Shown here piece by piece: positions 26,550-39,071 of a DNA stretch of 64,000 bases (position 1 is its first letter; every line of letters starts with the position of its first letter). The position numbers and the translations under genes are program-made. This DNA is from Eledone cirrhosa (taxonomy: Eukaryota): contig OZ024740.1 in the NCBI GenBank assembly GCA_964016885.1, forward strand, positions 232,314,001 through 232,378,000. Reading direction: 5' to 3'. Below the pieces are notes generated by a model. The model was not told where the DNA came from. It was given only the letters and a program-made list of their open reading frames with translations, and ran no database searches.

Positions 26550-27625
26550 AATTTTAATACAGCATTAACGAAGCTTTTGGCTGCGGCTAAGCTAACGAAT
26601 GCTGTTTCGGAATGCAGCTTAGCACTCGATGGAGAATGATACCCCAGAGTTATAACAATACGTTTAGACAGCTTTGCGTTCTATAGCCTCGGCCGGTGTG
26701 TTTTCTAGCAGTAATTTTTGCTATAGACACGTGGTTTTCTCAAAGGGAGGTAACCCCCATTTTGGCAGTGAATTTGAAATTTGGGACAAAGGAATGAAAT
26801 TCCCTTAGACAAAGCGAATTAAGCACTCAACCAGAAGTTATCAAACAAACATAAACAATTAATCAATCAATAGAATTGTCTAATTAAATTAATCAGTTAA
26901 TTGTTAATTCTAGGAGTTAAAAATACAAATTTTAGTACAGCATTAACGAAGCTTTTGGCTGCGATTAAACTAACGAATGCAGATTCGGAATGCAGATTAG
27001 CACTCGATGGAGAATGATACCCTAGAGTTATAACAATACGTTTAGACAGCTTTGCAAATCAAATAGAGCAACTGATAGTCCAGCCGCATTGCCATAGCAA
27101 CGAAAAAAACTGAAATCAGGGAAATATTTTGACTGACCTGGACCATCACGTGGACATCGAATGCAACACATAACGCATAACGTATAGCATACAATATACA
27201 TCACATATAACATACAACATCCACGCTAGTTTCCTGTAAATCCGAGATCGACTAATTCCGCTTGCAGGAGTCGGCAAGTTAATGGCCTTTGACGACAGAA
27301 CAAAGGATTTACTTAGTCAACAAGTCTTGCGTCCTATAGCCTCGGCGGGTGTGTTTTCTAGCAGTAATTTTCGCTATAGACACGTGGTTTTCTCCAAGGC
27401 GGTGAATTAGAAATTTGGGACAAAGGAATGAAATTCCCTTAGACAAACCGAATTAAGCACTCAACCAGAAGTTATCAAACAAACATAAACAATTAATCAA
27501 TCAATAGAATTGTTTAATTAAATTAATCAGTTAATCGTTAATTCTAGGAGTTAAAAATACAAATTTTAGTCCAGCATTAACGAAGCTTTTGGCTGCGGCT
27601 AAACTAACGAAAGCAGATTCGGAAT
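26545..27625. repeat. Partial tandem direct-repeat element A-B-A-C-B-A' between (TA)n tracts
   Basis: tacaaatttta.t.cagcattaacgaagcttttggctgcg at 26545, 26924, 27558; B block at 26677-26923 and 27328-27556. Confidence 0.85.
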
Positions 27626-28299
27626 ATGTATATATATATATATATGTGTGTGTATACGCCTGAATAAGACTGTTATTGATCCAATCTGTCTACTAACCCT
27701 CAGCAAACACCCTAATCCAAATGCCAACCTGTGCCCTTGATTCCTGCCAAACAAACCGTACGTACGGTCCAAATCGGCGAATCAGACGCGCTCCACACAA
27801 CCTCCCAAACCTAGCTTACGCAACCACACGTTAATAGCCAGCTAACGGGGAGGACAGACGTTATCAAGATGCAGGTGTGGATGTGTGTGTATTTGTGTGT
27901 GTGTGTGGGGGGGGGGCATGTGTGTCTGTCATTGTGCACTGTATATGGAAATACTCGGTTTGGTGTCCTAGTGCGCTGATAGCCCGCCGTGAGGGAGAGA
28001 CCCATCAACTATATTAGGTAATCATTCTAGGAGAAGAAAAACTATGACTTAATGGCAGCTAATAATGTTGAGCTGTTCTTCATTTTGGTTACCTGTCACC
28101 CTTGTTCAGAAAGTTGGTTTGGTCCAGTGCATGGCCTTCCTTCAATTATAAAGTTTTCATGCACAGGCGTCACTTGATCTAAACAACTTCCTTACGTGTT
28201 GCACAAACATGGTTGGTCGTGCCTAAACATTTTTCAGGCCACCCATGTGTGGGAGGAGGATCGAGTGACGGTAATTCTCGAAATCGAGATACAGTCATA

Positions 28300-28407
<108 letters not shown>

Positions 28408-28604
28408 CCACATACACACATATATGAAGGTACATGAGATATCGTTTTGGGGTTCACGGATGGAGTAGCCTATAGCGAGGAGTATTTCAGCCTCTACTGG
28501 TGGCTGACTCAACAAGATGTTTACTTCTGTAGGGCGATCGAAGGGTTGTCCTTTGATAGTTCCGTGATCAGTAATCCTTGGAGTAGTTACAATAGCTAAA
28601 GCGA

Positions 28605-28829
28605 GGATTAAAACAGATAAGAGATACAGTCGGGTGTATTTCTAGCATTTCCATGTTTCATCACCACGAGCTGTTGTTATTGATTTTGTCTTGAAATCGC
28701 TATTCTCTTGTGAACACTCAAGTAGCGAATTTTCAAAAGAGAGTTTCCACAATTGATTATTGAGAATAGCGATTTCAAGACAAAATCAATAACAACACAT
28801 GGTGTTATCTGTGTTAATGCTCTATTACC

Positions 28830-28867
<38 letters not shown>

Positions 28868-28937
28868 GGTAATAGAGCATTAACACAGATAAGCGATACA
28901 GTAGGTTTTATTTCTAGCATTTACATATGTTTCATCA

Positions 28938-28940
<3 letters not shown>
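28605..28940. repeat. Nested inverted/direct repeat structure
   Basis: IR 28673-28708 / 28761-28796; IR 28805-28830 / 28867-28892 around (TA)n; direct repeat 28608-28666 / 28880-28940. Confidence 0.8.
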
Positions 28941-29015
<75 letters not shown>

Positions 29016-29404
29016 TGTTATACTTTGGGAGGGTCATGGTGCCAATAAGAAACACACACACCAGTTGCTTTCACTCCAATTTATTATAAATTAAATTTAT
29101 AAATTTAAGAATTTATAAATTTCCGGTTGGCTGGTTGGTTCCACAACCGGACGGTTGTTCATATATTGTCAAAGTTCTTTCGTCACACATTCTGTGACCT
29201 CTTCATTGACTGGGGATTCTTCTCTTTGTTTTGAGCCTCTCATTCGTTCTGTCCTACGCCATCTTGTTTTTGTGTGTGTTGTGGGTTTCGTTTGCGCATG
29301 TGTTACATCCGGGTGTCTGTGTGTGTTTTTATTTGTTTATTTATTTGTTTATTTACATGTTACTGGTTGGTTGTTTGTTCTATGTGTGTGTTTTCATTTT
29401 GTCC

Positions 29405-29700
29405 TTAATTGTAAGTTGTGATGTTGCTATTCCATTCATGTTTTCTATTTAATTTTGGTTGGAGTTCATTTATGTTTATTGCTTCTGTGATTTGTCTAAA
29501 CAATGCGTCTTTTCTGTGTGTAGATTTTATTTTTATTTCTATGTTCTCTAATTTGCCCTTATGTTCTATTTTAGCATGTTGGTGGAGTACTGATGAATCT
29601 TTTCTATCTTGAAGCTCTCGCCAGTGTTCATTTAATCGTTCTCCTATACTACGAGCTGTCTCACCTATGTACACTATATTCTTATCTTTACATTGTCCTT
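29405..29700 (-). pseudogene. GIY-YIG endonuclease fragment of family C (inverted arm)
   Basis: YIGETARSIGERLNEH..SVLHQH..RQITEAINI..PKLN. Confidence 0.88.
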
Positions 29701-31296
29701 CAGTACATCTTATGCTATATAATATTTTTCTAGTTTTACATTTAATATGGGAGCTTAGTTTACAGATTCTGCCTTTCTTATCAATATAGGGATGTCTTTG
29801 AAAAGGGTATGTATTACTAATAAGTGTTTTTATGGAGGTACCTGGTCTTTCTACTATCTTAATATTTAGTTTAGGTTTATCTAGGGTCCTTCTAAATTTT
29901 TAAGCTAATTCACCTCTAGGGGTTGTAAACAACCTATTTATGGTATGGTGGGACAATAAACTTAAACTTAAACTTAAAGAACAATTAGAAGACAAACCTC
30001 TTAACCCTGATAATGTACTCTCGCTACGTTGAAGACATAAACATCGTAGTAAAAACACCCCCACTAGAGAACAGTCAGGAATTAAAGAAAAACACCATGG
30101 AAAGCATCCAGCAAATAACTAACTCCATCCACCAGAGTATTAGAGTTACTATAGACTACCCAAGCAAACACCCCAACCATCGATTACCTGTACTAGACAC
30201 AGAGCTCTGGTTAGAAACCATTAATAACAAAAAACAAATCCGCCATTCCCATTATGCCAAACCCATGACTTCCAAATATCTGATCCACCGAAACGCAACT
30301 GTTTCGGATCACACCAAAATCAACATACTGATTGATGGATTTAGTACGGGTGATGAGAAACGTGTCCCGCATGTGCAACCCCAAAGAACTAGAGAGACAC
30401 ATACAACACTTCATCCACCATATGCACTTCTCTGGTTAAAATCAGAGAGATAAAATCAGAGTATATAGAGGAGCCAAAAGCAAATGGGAAAAAATGGTAA
30501 ATAATGATATAAATGGGACCTGCTCCTTGTATAGAAGCAAATTTGGGAATAGAATAGAAAGAACTAGGAATAATGTTAATAGAATAAACTCATGGTATGA
30601 TAGCAATAAATACCAGAGTGTAATGTTCATCAATACAACCCCGAGAGGTGATTTAGCTTACAAATTTAGAAGGGCCCTAGATAAATTTAAACTAAATATT
30701 AAGATAGTAGAAAGACCAGGTACTTCCATAAAAGCACTTATTAGTAATACATACCCTTTTACAAGACCTAACTAGAAACATAGTATATAGTATAAGATGT
30801 ACTGTAGGACAATGTAAAGATAAGAATATAGTGTACATAGGTGAGACAGCTCGTAGTATAGGAGAACGATTAAATGAACACTGGCGAGAGCTTCAAGATA
30901 GAAATGATTCATCAGTACTCCACCAGTATGCTAAAATAGAACATAAGGGCAAATAAGGGAACATAGAAATGAAAATAAAATCTACACACAGAAAAGACGC
31001 AATGTTTAAACAAATCACAGAAGCAATAAACATAAATGAACTCCAACCAAAATTAAATAGAAAACATGAATGGAATAGCAACATCACAACTTACAATTAA
31101 GGACAAAATAAAAACACACACACATAGAACAAACAACCAACCAATAACATGTAAATAAACAAATAAATAAACAAATAAAAACACAGACAGACACCCGGAT
31201 GTAACACATGCGCAAACGAAACACACAACACACACAAAAACAAGATGGTATAGGACAGAACAAAAGAGAGGCACAAAACAAAGAGAAGAATCCCCA

Positions 31297-31339
31297 GTCA
31301 CTGAAGAGGTCACAGCATGAGTGACGAAAGAACTTTGAC
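31297..31339 (+). ncRNA. Minimal hammerhead ribozyme of family C pLTR
   Basis: GTCA-CTGAAGA-gGTCAC-loop-GTGAC-GAA-AGaaCT-T|TGAC; same fold at 22061-22103(-), 57093-57135(-), 59555-59597(+). Confidence 0.75.
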
Positions 31340-31531
31340 AATATATGAACAACCGTCCGGTTATGGAACCAACCAACTAGAAATTTATAAATTCTTAAAT
31401 GTATAATAAATTGGAGTTGAAGCAACTGGTGCGTGTGTTTCTTATTGGCAACATGACCCTCCCAAAGTATAACAGTATCGGTTTCAACACACCTTTTCAG
31501 ATAAAGAATCTTGCTAAAGAAATTCAGACAC

Positions 31532-31570
<39 letters not shown>

Positions 31571-31588
31571 ATGTGTGTGTGTGTGTGT

Positions 31589-31633
<45 letters not shown>

Positions 31634-31774
31634 TGTGTGTGTGTATGTGTGTGTGTGTGTGCGTGTGTGTTTGTGTGTGTGTGTGTGTGCGTGCGTGTTT
31701 GTGTATCTGCGCGCGTGTGTGTGTGTGTGTATGCGTGGTTGCGTGTGTGTATATATATACATACATATATGATA

Positions 31775-33253
31775 TTTGTGTACGAACAGCAATACTGCTT
31801 GGAAGTGAGACCTGAGCACCGTGTGCAGATGATCTATAAAAATGAAAAAAAAAGGCAGCTTGCATGCTTCGATGAATGTGGAGACACGAGGAAGCATCAA
31901 TTAACTGGAAGAGAAACTGGACATAACAAGGGACAGAAGCAGTGTGCAGGACAGGAGATTACTGTGGTATGGACATGTGATTCGCATGGGGGTTCACAAC
32001 TATGTAAAAATGTGTAGGAGGCTGAAAGATGATGAAAACTATGGAAGAGAAAGATCTAGGAATGTTTGCAATGAAGTGATAAAAACGCAAAATTAAACTT
32101 CTTAAAGGGGATGGCAAAGGATCCAGACCACTGGTATTATATTGTACAGCAGGAGACCCACCTTCCAATATGTACAGAATGCAGCAAACATACCAGCACT
32201 AATATTCTCCGTACCTCTCCCATAATTCTCCCCCAGCCTTAATAGACCATTACCACATCAGCTGGATATCTGACATTTCTCGTTCCCCTCTTCATCTTCC
32301 ATACTCTTGATATAGACCACTTGTCTTATCAAACCCAAGCATACAAGCATGGAAAGATGAACACGCTCCACATACACTCTCTCTCATAATGCTGCTAGTA
32401 TGACGAAAAGTGCTCTTAATCCAACCTAATTAACTAGTCCATGTTATGTGATCGTGCTGGTGACACAAGAAAAATGCACTCAGCCCACCCTGTAAAGTGA
32501 TCGGGCTGGTGAGACGAGAGAAAATGCAGGCACTCCCCTCTGTAAGTTTGTCGTGAATGCGACATGACAAATAGCGCCCTGTCCACTCAAATACTTTTTC
32601 GTGATGGTGAGACGACGAAAAAGCACCAAGACCATCATCTAACAAGGTGGACTTGGTGCTTTTTCGTTGTCTCACCACCACGAAAAATTATTTGAGTGGA
32701 CAGGGCGCTTTTGGTCATGTCGCATTCACGACAACCTTACAGAGTGGAGTGCATGCATATTCTCTCGTCTCACCAGCCCGATCACTTTACAGGGTGGACT
32801 GAGTGCATTTTTCTTGTGTCACCAGCACGATCATGGACTAGTTAATTAGGGTGGATTAAGCGCATTTTTCGTCATACTAGCAACATTATGAGAGAGTGTA
32901 CGTTTAGTGTGTTCAAGTTTCCATGCTTGTATGCTTGGGTTCGATAAGACAAGAGGTCTATATCAAGAGTATGGAAGATGAAGAGGGGAACGTGGTGGTG
33001 AGACGACGAAAAAGCACCAAGTCCACCTTGTTAGATGATCGTCTTGGTGTCACGATAAAAAGCATCCTGCCGGTAATTCAACATATTTGGCGTTAGGAAA
33101 GGCACCCAGCCGTGAAAATAAGTCAAAATACAGATGCGTATGAGCAAGACGAGGTCACCTGCCCTGAAACGTCGTATAACGTGACAAGCCGTTTAACCCA
33201 TGCAAGCGTATAAAATGGACGTTAAACGATGATGATGATGATGATGATGATGA
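31775..33253 (+). mobile_element. Degenerate RTE-type LINE 3' portion with subrepeated 3'UTR and (GAT)n tail, interrupted by an inverted duplication
   Basis: CVRTAILLGSET motif; 3' end ggcgttaggaaaggcacccagccgt...ggacgttaaacgatgatgat. Confidence 0.6.
32281..33049. repeat. ~350-bp inverted duplication with flipped loop
   Basis: Arms 32281-32630 / 32652-32991; loop repeated in reverse complement at ~33021-33041. Confidence 0.9.
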
Positions 33254-33328
33254 TCCCTGTGTGTAAAGGGGGAGTGCTCATTGACCACTCCAATCCAACG
33301 GTCGGGATTTTACATCTCTCTCTCTCTG

Positions 33329-33408
<80 letters not shown>

Positions 33409-33551
33409 TGTGTGTGTGTGTGTGCGTGCGTGCGCGTGTGTGTGTGTGTGCGCGTTTGTGTGTGTGTGCATCTATATATACACATTGACATACACAGAAA
33501 GGGATGAGAGAATCTGTAGACATATATCTGATATGTGTGTGTATATGTATG

Positions 33552-33614
<63 letters not shown>

Positions 33615-34149
33615 CATACATGTGCTATGTATGTTCACCGTCTATTTAATAGACTGGTATGTTGACACTCCTCAGCGAAGTGTGCTGCTATGTGTTATAA
33701 TGTTGACATTAAGACATCAGAAGAATTGCTGGAATGCTCGTTTCTTAATATCCTTTACATATGACAGACAGGCGTAGGCTAAATCTTTCACTCACACTTT
33801 GTTTAATGGTGAGCGTGTCTGCATATGTCGTGTCTGTATATGTGTATGTATGATTGTTTATGTGTGTATTTGTGTGGTGGGTGTTTCTAAATGTGTAATG
33901 GTGTGCATATGTTTATATTCTTCCTTGATTTTTGTTCTATTTAAAATCGTTGCACCCACCTTTGCTCATTGTTGGTTTGAATAATTCTACTGACCGCTCT
34001 CGTAGAACAGTAATCGACGAAACTATTTAAAGATGAGTTATATACAGCAAACATACGAGACAACGACATAGAAAAAATAAGCTGACTAATTTGTGTTGTT
34101 ACTTCTGTTTACATTTTACATATATATATATATATTTTTTTTTTTTTCA

Positions 34150-34580
34150 GAGACAGCTGATCCATCATCCACTGGCCCTCTCTGTGGCTCTAAGCCAGCA
34201 GAGTCATAACGACCAGGCTGCTCCTTGACAGCGTAATTAGGGGCTCTAACCCTAGTGCTGTTAGATCGACTCTCCATATTTCTTTTCAATGGCTGACAAT
34301 ACCTTACCGGCGCCACTCGAATAAGGTAGTTATTTAACCCATAAATGGAGCCCTAACAGGTACTACCACCCCGGGTCAGGGCAGACCTGGGAGTCATGAC
34401 AACTAAGGGGTAACTCCACATTCCCCACATCTCCTGAACTCCCGAACTGGAGCCTTGCCACTGGATGTAGTTTAATGTCATACCCGGGACTGTTGGAGAT
34501 GCAGGATATGGCAGCGATAATGGGGGACAGAGACCGCTGGAGAGAACTCGTCCATGGATCTCGGGAATTTTACCCGCCTT
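34150..34580. mobile_element. Probable SINE-like interspersed repeat with RTE-like segment
   Basis: GC-richer island ending in a DR.RWRELV-like segment; family assignment from recollection only. Confidence 0.35.
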
Positions 34581-34614
<34 letters not shown>

Positions 34615-34617
<3 letters not shown>

Positions 34618-34813
34618 GGAAAAGAGTCAGGACCCCAACGGCTGAACTCCGGCCGTTTCGTCAGCTAGATCCGAACTAGCCCTCGAAACGGCCGGAGCTC
34701 AGCCGTCGGAGTCCTGACTCTTTTCCTATTACCCACTCTACTACCCTAAGTATTGAGTACTCTGGTACGATATGGTCCGCCTGGTATTTTTTCACATCCT
34801 CTTTGTTCTTTGT
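34615..34813 (+). mobile_element. Family B PLE fold-back; junction at HHR stem II
   Basis: Arms 34615-34660 / 34685-34729 around gctag-atccgaa-ctagc; tail to 34813. Confidence 0.82.
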
Positions 34814-34854
34814 ACACACACACACATATATATATATATATAATTATATATACA

Positions 34855-34902
<48 letters not shown>

Positions 34903-35484
34903 TATATATGTATATATACATATATATGTATATATATATATATACGTATATATATACATATATATATGTGTGTGTGTGTGTGCGCCCGCGTGTGTATGTG
35001 TGTGTGTATTAGTGATAACAATAGCAGAGTGTGGTACATAATAAAGGAGTGTATAAAGGTGTCGTATAAAATATGTATAATAACTATAGTCTGTAAAGTA
35101 TTACACACACACACATGCACACACGCGCACACACATTCACAAACTAACAAACACACACATATATATCCACATCAGAAGGGTTTGTGGAGTAACGTTATTC
35201 GATGGAATACGTTCCTCGGAGATCACAGAGTCACAACAGGTAGAGCTGCTACTTCTCCGAATTGAGAGATCACAGCTCTGATGCTATGAGCATCGCGTTA
35301 GAATGTCTCAGGAAAGAACCGCTGGATAGATTTTTTACGAGATTTTTCTACTTTGTGATTTGGACTAATGCTACCATGGTTTCTGTCCATCGGATCTTAT
35401 TAGCTAGATTTGCTCCCCAACCATGTCCAGTTCATCTACATAGAATTATAGCCTTCATTAATTTACTCCTATTATGCTAACCAC

Positions 35485-35549
35485 TAGTCTAGTGGTTAGG
35501 ATTCCTGGCTTTCACCCAGGCAGCCCGGGTTCGATTCCCGGCATGGGAA
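35485..35549 (+). tRNA. tRNA-Glu(TTC) pseudogene lacking the 5' acceptor strand
   Basis: D arm gtctagtggttaggat, anticodon arm CCTGG-ctTTCac-CCAGG, T arm ccgggTTCGATTcccgg, 3' strand catggga-a has no complementary 5' strand. Confidence 0.8.
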
Positions 35550-35561
35550 CTCTAATAGTTA

Positions 35562-35960
35562 GGGCGGTGGATTGGCAGTATCGGTAGAGGGTCGGACGCC
35601 ATGCTTTGACGCAAAGAGTTACGGCCCTTGCCATTCTGAGTTCCAATCCCGCCGAGGTTAACTTTGCCTTTCATCCTTACGGGGTCGATAAAATAAAGTA
35701 CCAGTAATGTACTGGGTAATTGCTGGCCTTGTGCCAAAAGTAGAAACAATTAATTTCCTCCTATTATAAAGGGCGATGGGTTGGTATTATCTGTAGAGGT
35801 TCGGACGCCATGCTTTACAGCAAAGAGTTACGGCCCTTTATGGTCTGAGTTCAAATCCCGCCAATGTTAACTTTGCCTTTCATCCTTACGGGATCGATAA
35901 AATAAAGTACCAGTAATACACTGGAATAATTGCTGGCCTTGTTCTAAATGTAGAAACAAT
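35562..35960 (+). mobile_element. Two tandem family G SINEs
   Basis: Full-length copies 35562-35752 and 35771-35960 with A/B-box-like heads. Confidence 0.88.
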
Positions 35961-36920
35961 CAATTTCCTCCTCTTACAAGATTTTACTGTAGACGTTTAT
36001 ATATAGATCGTTAAACTGCATAGCATCTGTATTCATCTCACGGGGCATCGGAAACATGTATATATTAATATATAAATTTGGTCTATTTAGCTGCAAGTGA
36101 TTATTTTAGCTGTTATTATCAAATATCAACCAAAAGATATAAAAAAAATCCCGTATGTGATACACATATCACGTACATAAATTGTAGCGCATATACAAAT
36201 AGATGTGTGTTTTGGTGGTAGTTTGGAGAGAAAAATATAATTATTGTGAGGTGCGACCCCCCCCCCCCCTCCCACCACTAACTTCAAATGCCTCTGACAT
36301 ATATTTTGAGTAGTGAGTTTGTTACAATGATTTTCTTTTATAAAACAATCCTAGTTCGATTTAATACTCTTAATAAAGTAGTTTCTTTCCTATCTGAGTA
36401 CCAGTACCAAAATATTCACCAACATATTTGTTTAGAAATCCGTTCAAGTTGACTCTCCTTTAGTTAAAAATCATCGGAATTGTTTGTTTAGTTTAACGCG
36501 TGTTAGTTTACATGTTACGAGCTATTAACACAAAATAAACTTGTTTTCTCTGACACAGGATTATTGTTGGGGGTTTTACCACTACAAAGTCATATCATTA
36601 TGGACGTATTAAACAGTCTTGCATGAGATACAACTTCATACTATACTGGGTTTCATAACATTTATTTCTTCGTTGATGGCTATCTTCACTAAAATGTTTT
36701 ACCGTCAAACTTTTATTTGGCACGCGGAATATTCGCGACTTAAAACTTCGCCATGTTTGGCATCGTCTCAAATTAAACTAGACTGATGGGATAAATGAGT
36801 TTAAAACATGACAGATATTATGTAATCAAGCACAATTCTAATATATACAATTTATATTTTCGAAATTTCTATATACAAATGAATTGTCACGAAGTGCATA
36901 ATATTGTGAAATATTGTAAC

Positions 36921-36960
<40 letters not shown>

Positions 36961-36974
36961 TCTGAAGTCTGTCT

Positions 36975-37213
36975 TAAGACAGAAGGTTCATGACATGAAG
37001 CGACTGAGAGTAAAAGACTCCCCCACTGGACAGGACGCCATTCATCGCAGGGTTAAACCCCCACCTATTGCTGGTACTCATTTTCAGCTGAGCATACTGG
37101 AGCAATGTGAAATAAAATGTTTTGCTCAAGGATACAACACGCAATCCAGGAATCGAACCCATAACATTATGATCGTATATCCAACACCCTTACCACTAGG
37201 CCACGTGCCTCCA
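36975..37213 (-). mobile_element. tRNA-derived CORE-like SINE (family H)
   Basis: Head tggcctagtggtaagg...gggttcgattcctgg, body tccttgagcaaaacattttatttcacattgctccag; partial copy at 46115-46230(+). Confidence 0.75.
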
Positions 37214-37215
37214 CT

Positions 37216-37279
<64 letters not shown>

Positions 37280-37658
37280 GAACAATGAAAATAAATCAAA
37301 AGTTAGATGTAGGTTGTTATGAGTACTTGATTTTTTTACGATCGTCTCAGATAGCTGATTGACAATGGTAAATTGATTGATTGATCACGTGCTAGTGATT
37401 AAGTCACCACCTATTGTTCATACCGATATTCGAAAACAATCACTCGGTCTTCCCCAGAAACAATTATATATATATATATATGGGATAACAAGTTATCGTT
37501 ATAGGTAATCCAGTTAGAGGTTGTGAGTACTCCGTATTGTGGATAGTTTTAACGTACGGCGTTGTTTGACCCAACAGGAGGTTTCCATAGTTAGGTAGCG
37601 AGTTCGTGAGAAAACCTATGCAGGTTATTCCTGGAGTAATAATAATGAAAGATGGACA

Positions 37659-37752
37659 AATAACATGGTCGGCTGTACAAGAAGGTTTTATTTCTAATAT
37701 TAACAATTGTTAATACTAAAAATAAAACATTTGTGTACGGCCGACCATGTTA
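37659..37752. repeat. Imperfect ~45-bp-arm palindrome
   Basis: ataacatggtcggctgtaca...aacaattgtt...tgtacggccgaccatgttat. Confidence 0.8.
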
Positions 37753-38379
37753 TAGCAAACGGAGTAACCTTTTGGACAGTATAAATAAATAGAAGTGAAT
37801 GTGTGAGTTGGGTTGGGATAGAGAGGTGTAATGTGATCAGGAATGTGTGAGGCTGGAGTGAAAGGAAAGATAGGGAAAAAAACAGAGGGAGAAGTGTGGG
37901 GTGGGGAAAGAAGTTGGATGAGGTATAGGGAAGATTGAGGAATGACGGTTTGAGATGGTAAAAATTAGTGGAATAAAAAGCGATAGAGGTAAATAGTTAC
38001 AAAGATAGATGCGATTCGATAGAGGGTGTGCGATTAAGGGCAAATTATTCAGACCAAGGTTAGGTATATTTTAAGAATGCCTGTGTGTAAGATGAGGCAG
38101 CAAGATGGCAACACTGAGACAAATAGACAGAATTAGAGAGCAGAAAATGGAAATATTCGGAAGAGATAGTTCATAAGTAAATTGTGAGGTCGAGAGTATT
38201 ACCATCATACTCAACTATTTATTTGTCTCTCTCGACCTTACAATTTATGTCTGAACTATCTCTTTCGTATCTTTCCGTTTATATATATATATATAGTGAA
38301 AAATGCAACGGGAACAAAACAGAGAGGCAGTACGAACAAAGGTTTATTAGTTTCACGCTCTTGAGAGGGGGTGTATATA

Positions 38380-38433
<54 letters not shown>

Positions 38434-39028
38434 CACTGATAAAGGACTATTTTTATCATATGTAACCCATGTGCAACCACGCAGTATTCTTCTTTCTTCT
38501 CATGTTTTTTTATATATATTTACCTCGGCTGCGTTTGTCTGTTTCTCTCTTACTGCTTCCCCACTCTCTCTGTTTCTCTCACCTTCTTTCGCCCCCTCTG
38601 TCAGTTACACTTTCTCTCGACTGCCCTCTTCCTCACACTTCCACTCACTCACTCTCTGTTTCTCCCCTTCTCACTTCCTCCCGTTTGGCTTGTAGTGGGT
38701 CACTTCTTGCTTACATCTCACACACATCGGACGGTCTGTACCTCTCTCGCTTATGAAATCCACCCAGCTTATGCTGACCGGACAACCATGTTGCTTGTTT
38801 ATTTTCCTATCTTCGGTTTGCTTTTATCCTTCTATGTTGTTTACTTGTCCCCCTCGCCTTACGCGAATTCTCGTCCCAATAACTTTTTTTAGTTATTGCT
38901 CGCACCAACCTGAGGTATCTGATTTTTAATGCGATGAAATACCAATGATGGTTGGAAAATCACTGACGAAGGACGATTTTTATCATATGTAACCCATGTG
39001 CAGCCACGCAGTATTCTTCTTTCTTCTC

Positions 39029-39071
<43 letters not shown>

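Larger units (their letters stand above)
29015..31535 (+). mobile_element. 5'-truncated Penelope-like retroelement (family C) with inverted upstream 3' copy
   Basis: Plus strand 29928-31099: NNLFMVWWD, SRYVEDINIV, LPVLDTE thumb, YIGETARSIGERLNEH GIY-YIG (frameshifted); pLTR and tail to 31535; inverted arm 29015-29927. Confidence 0.92.

Noticed and set aside
35478-35549. Functional tRNA-Glu gene
   Set aside because: The 5' acceptor strand (taaccac) cannot pair with the 3' strand (catggga)
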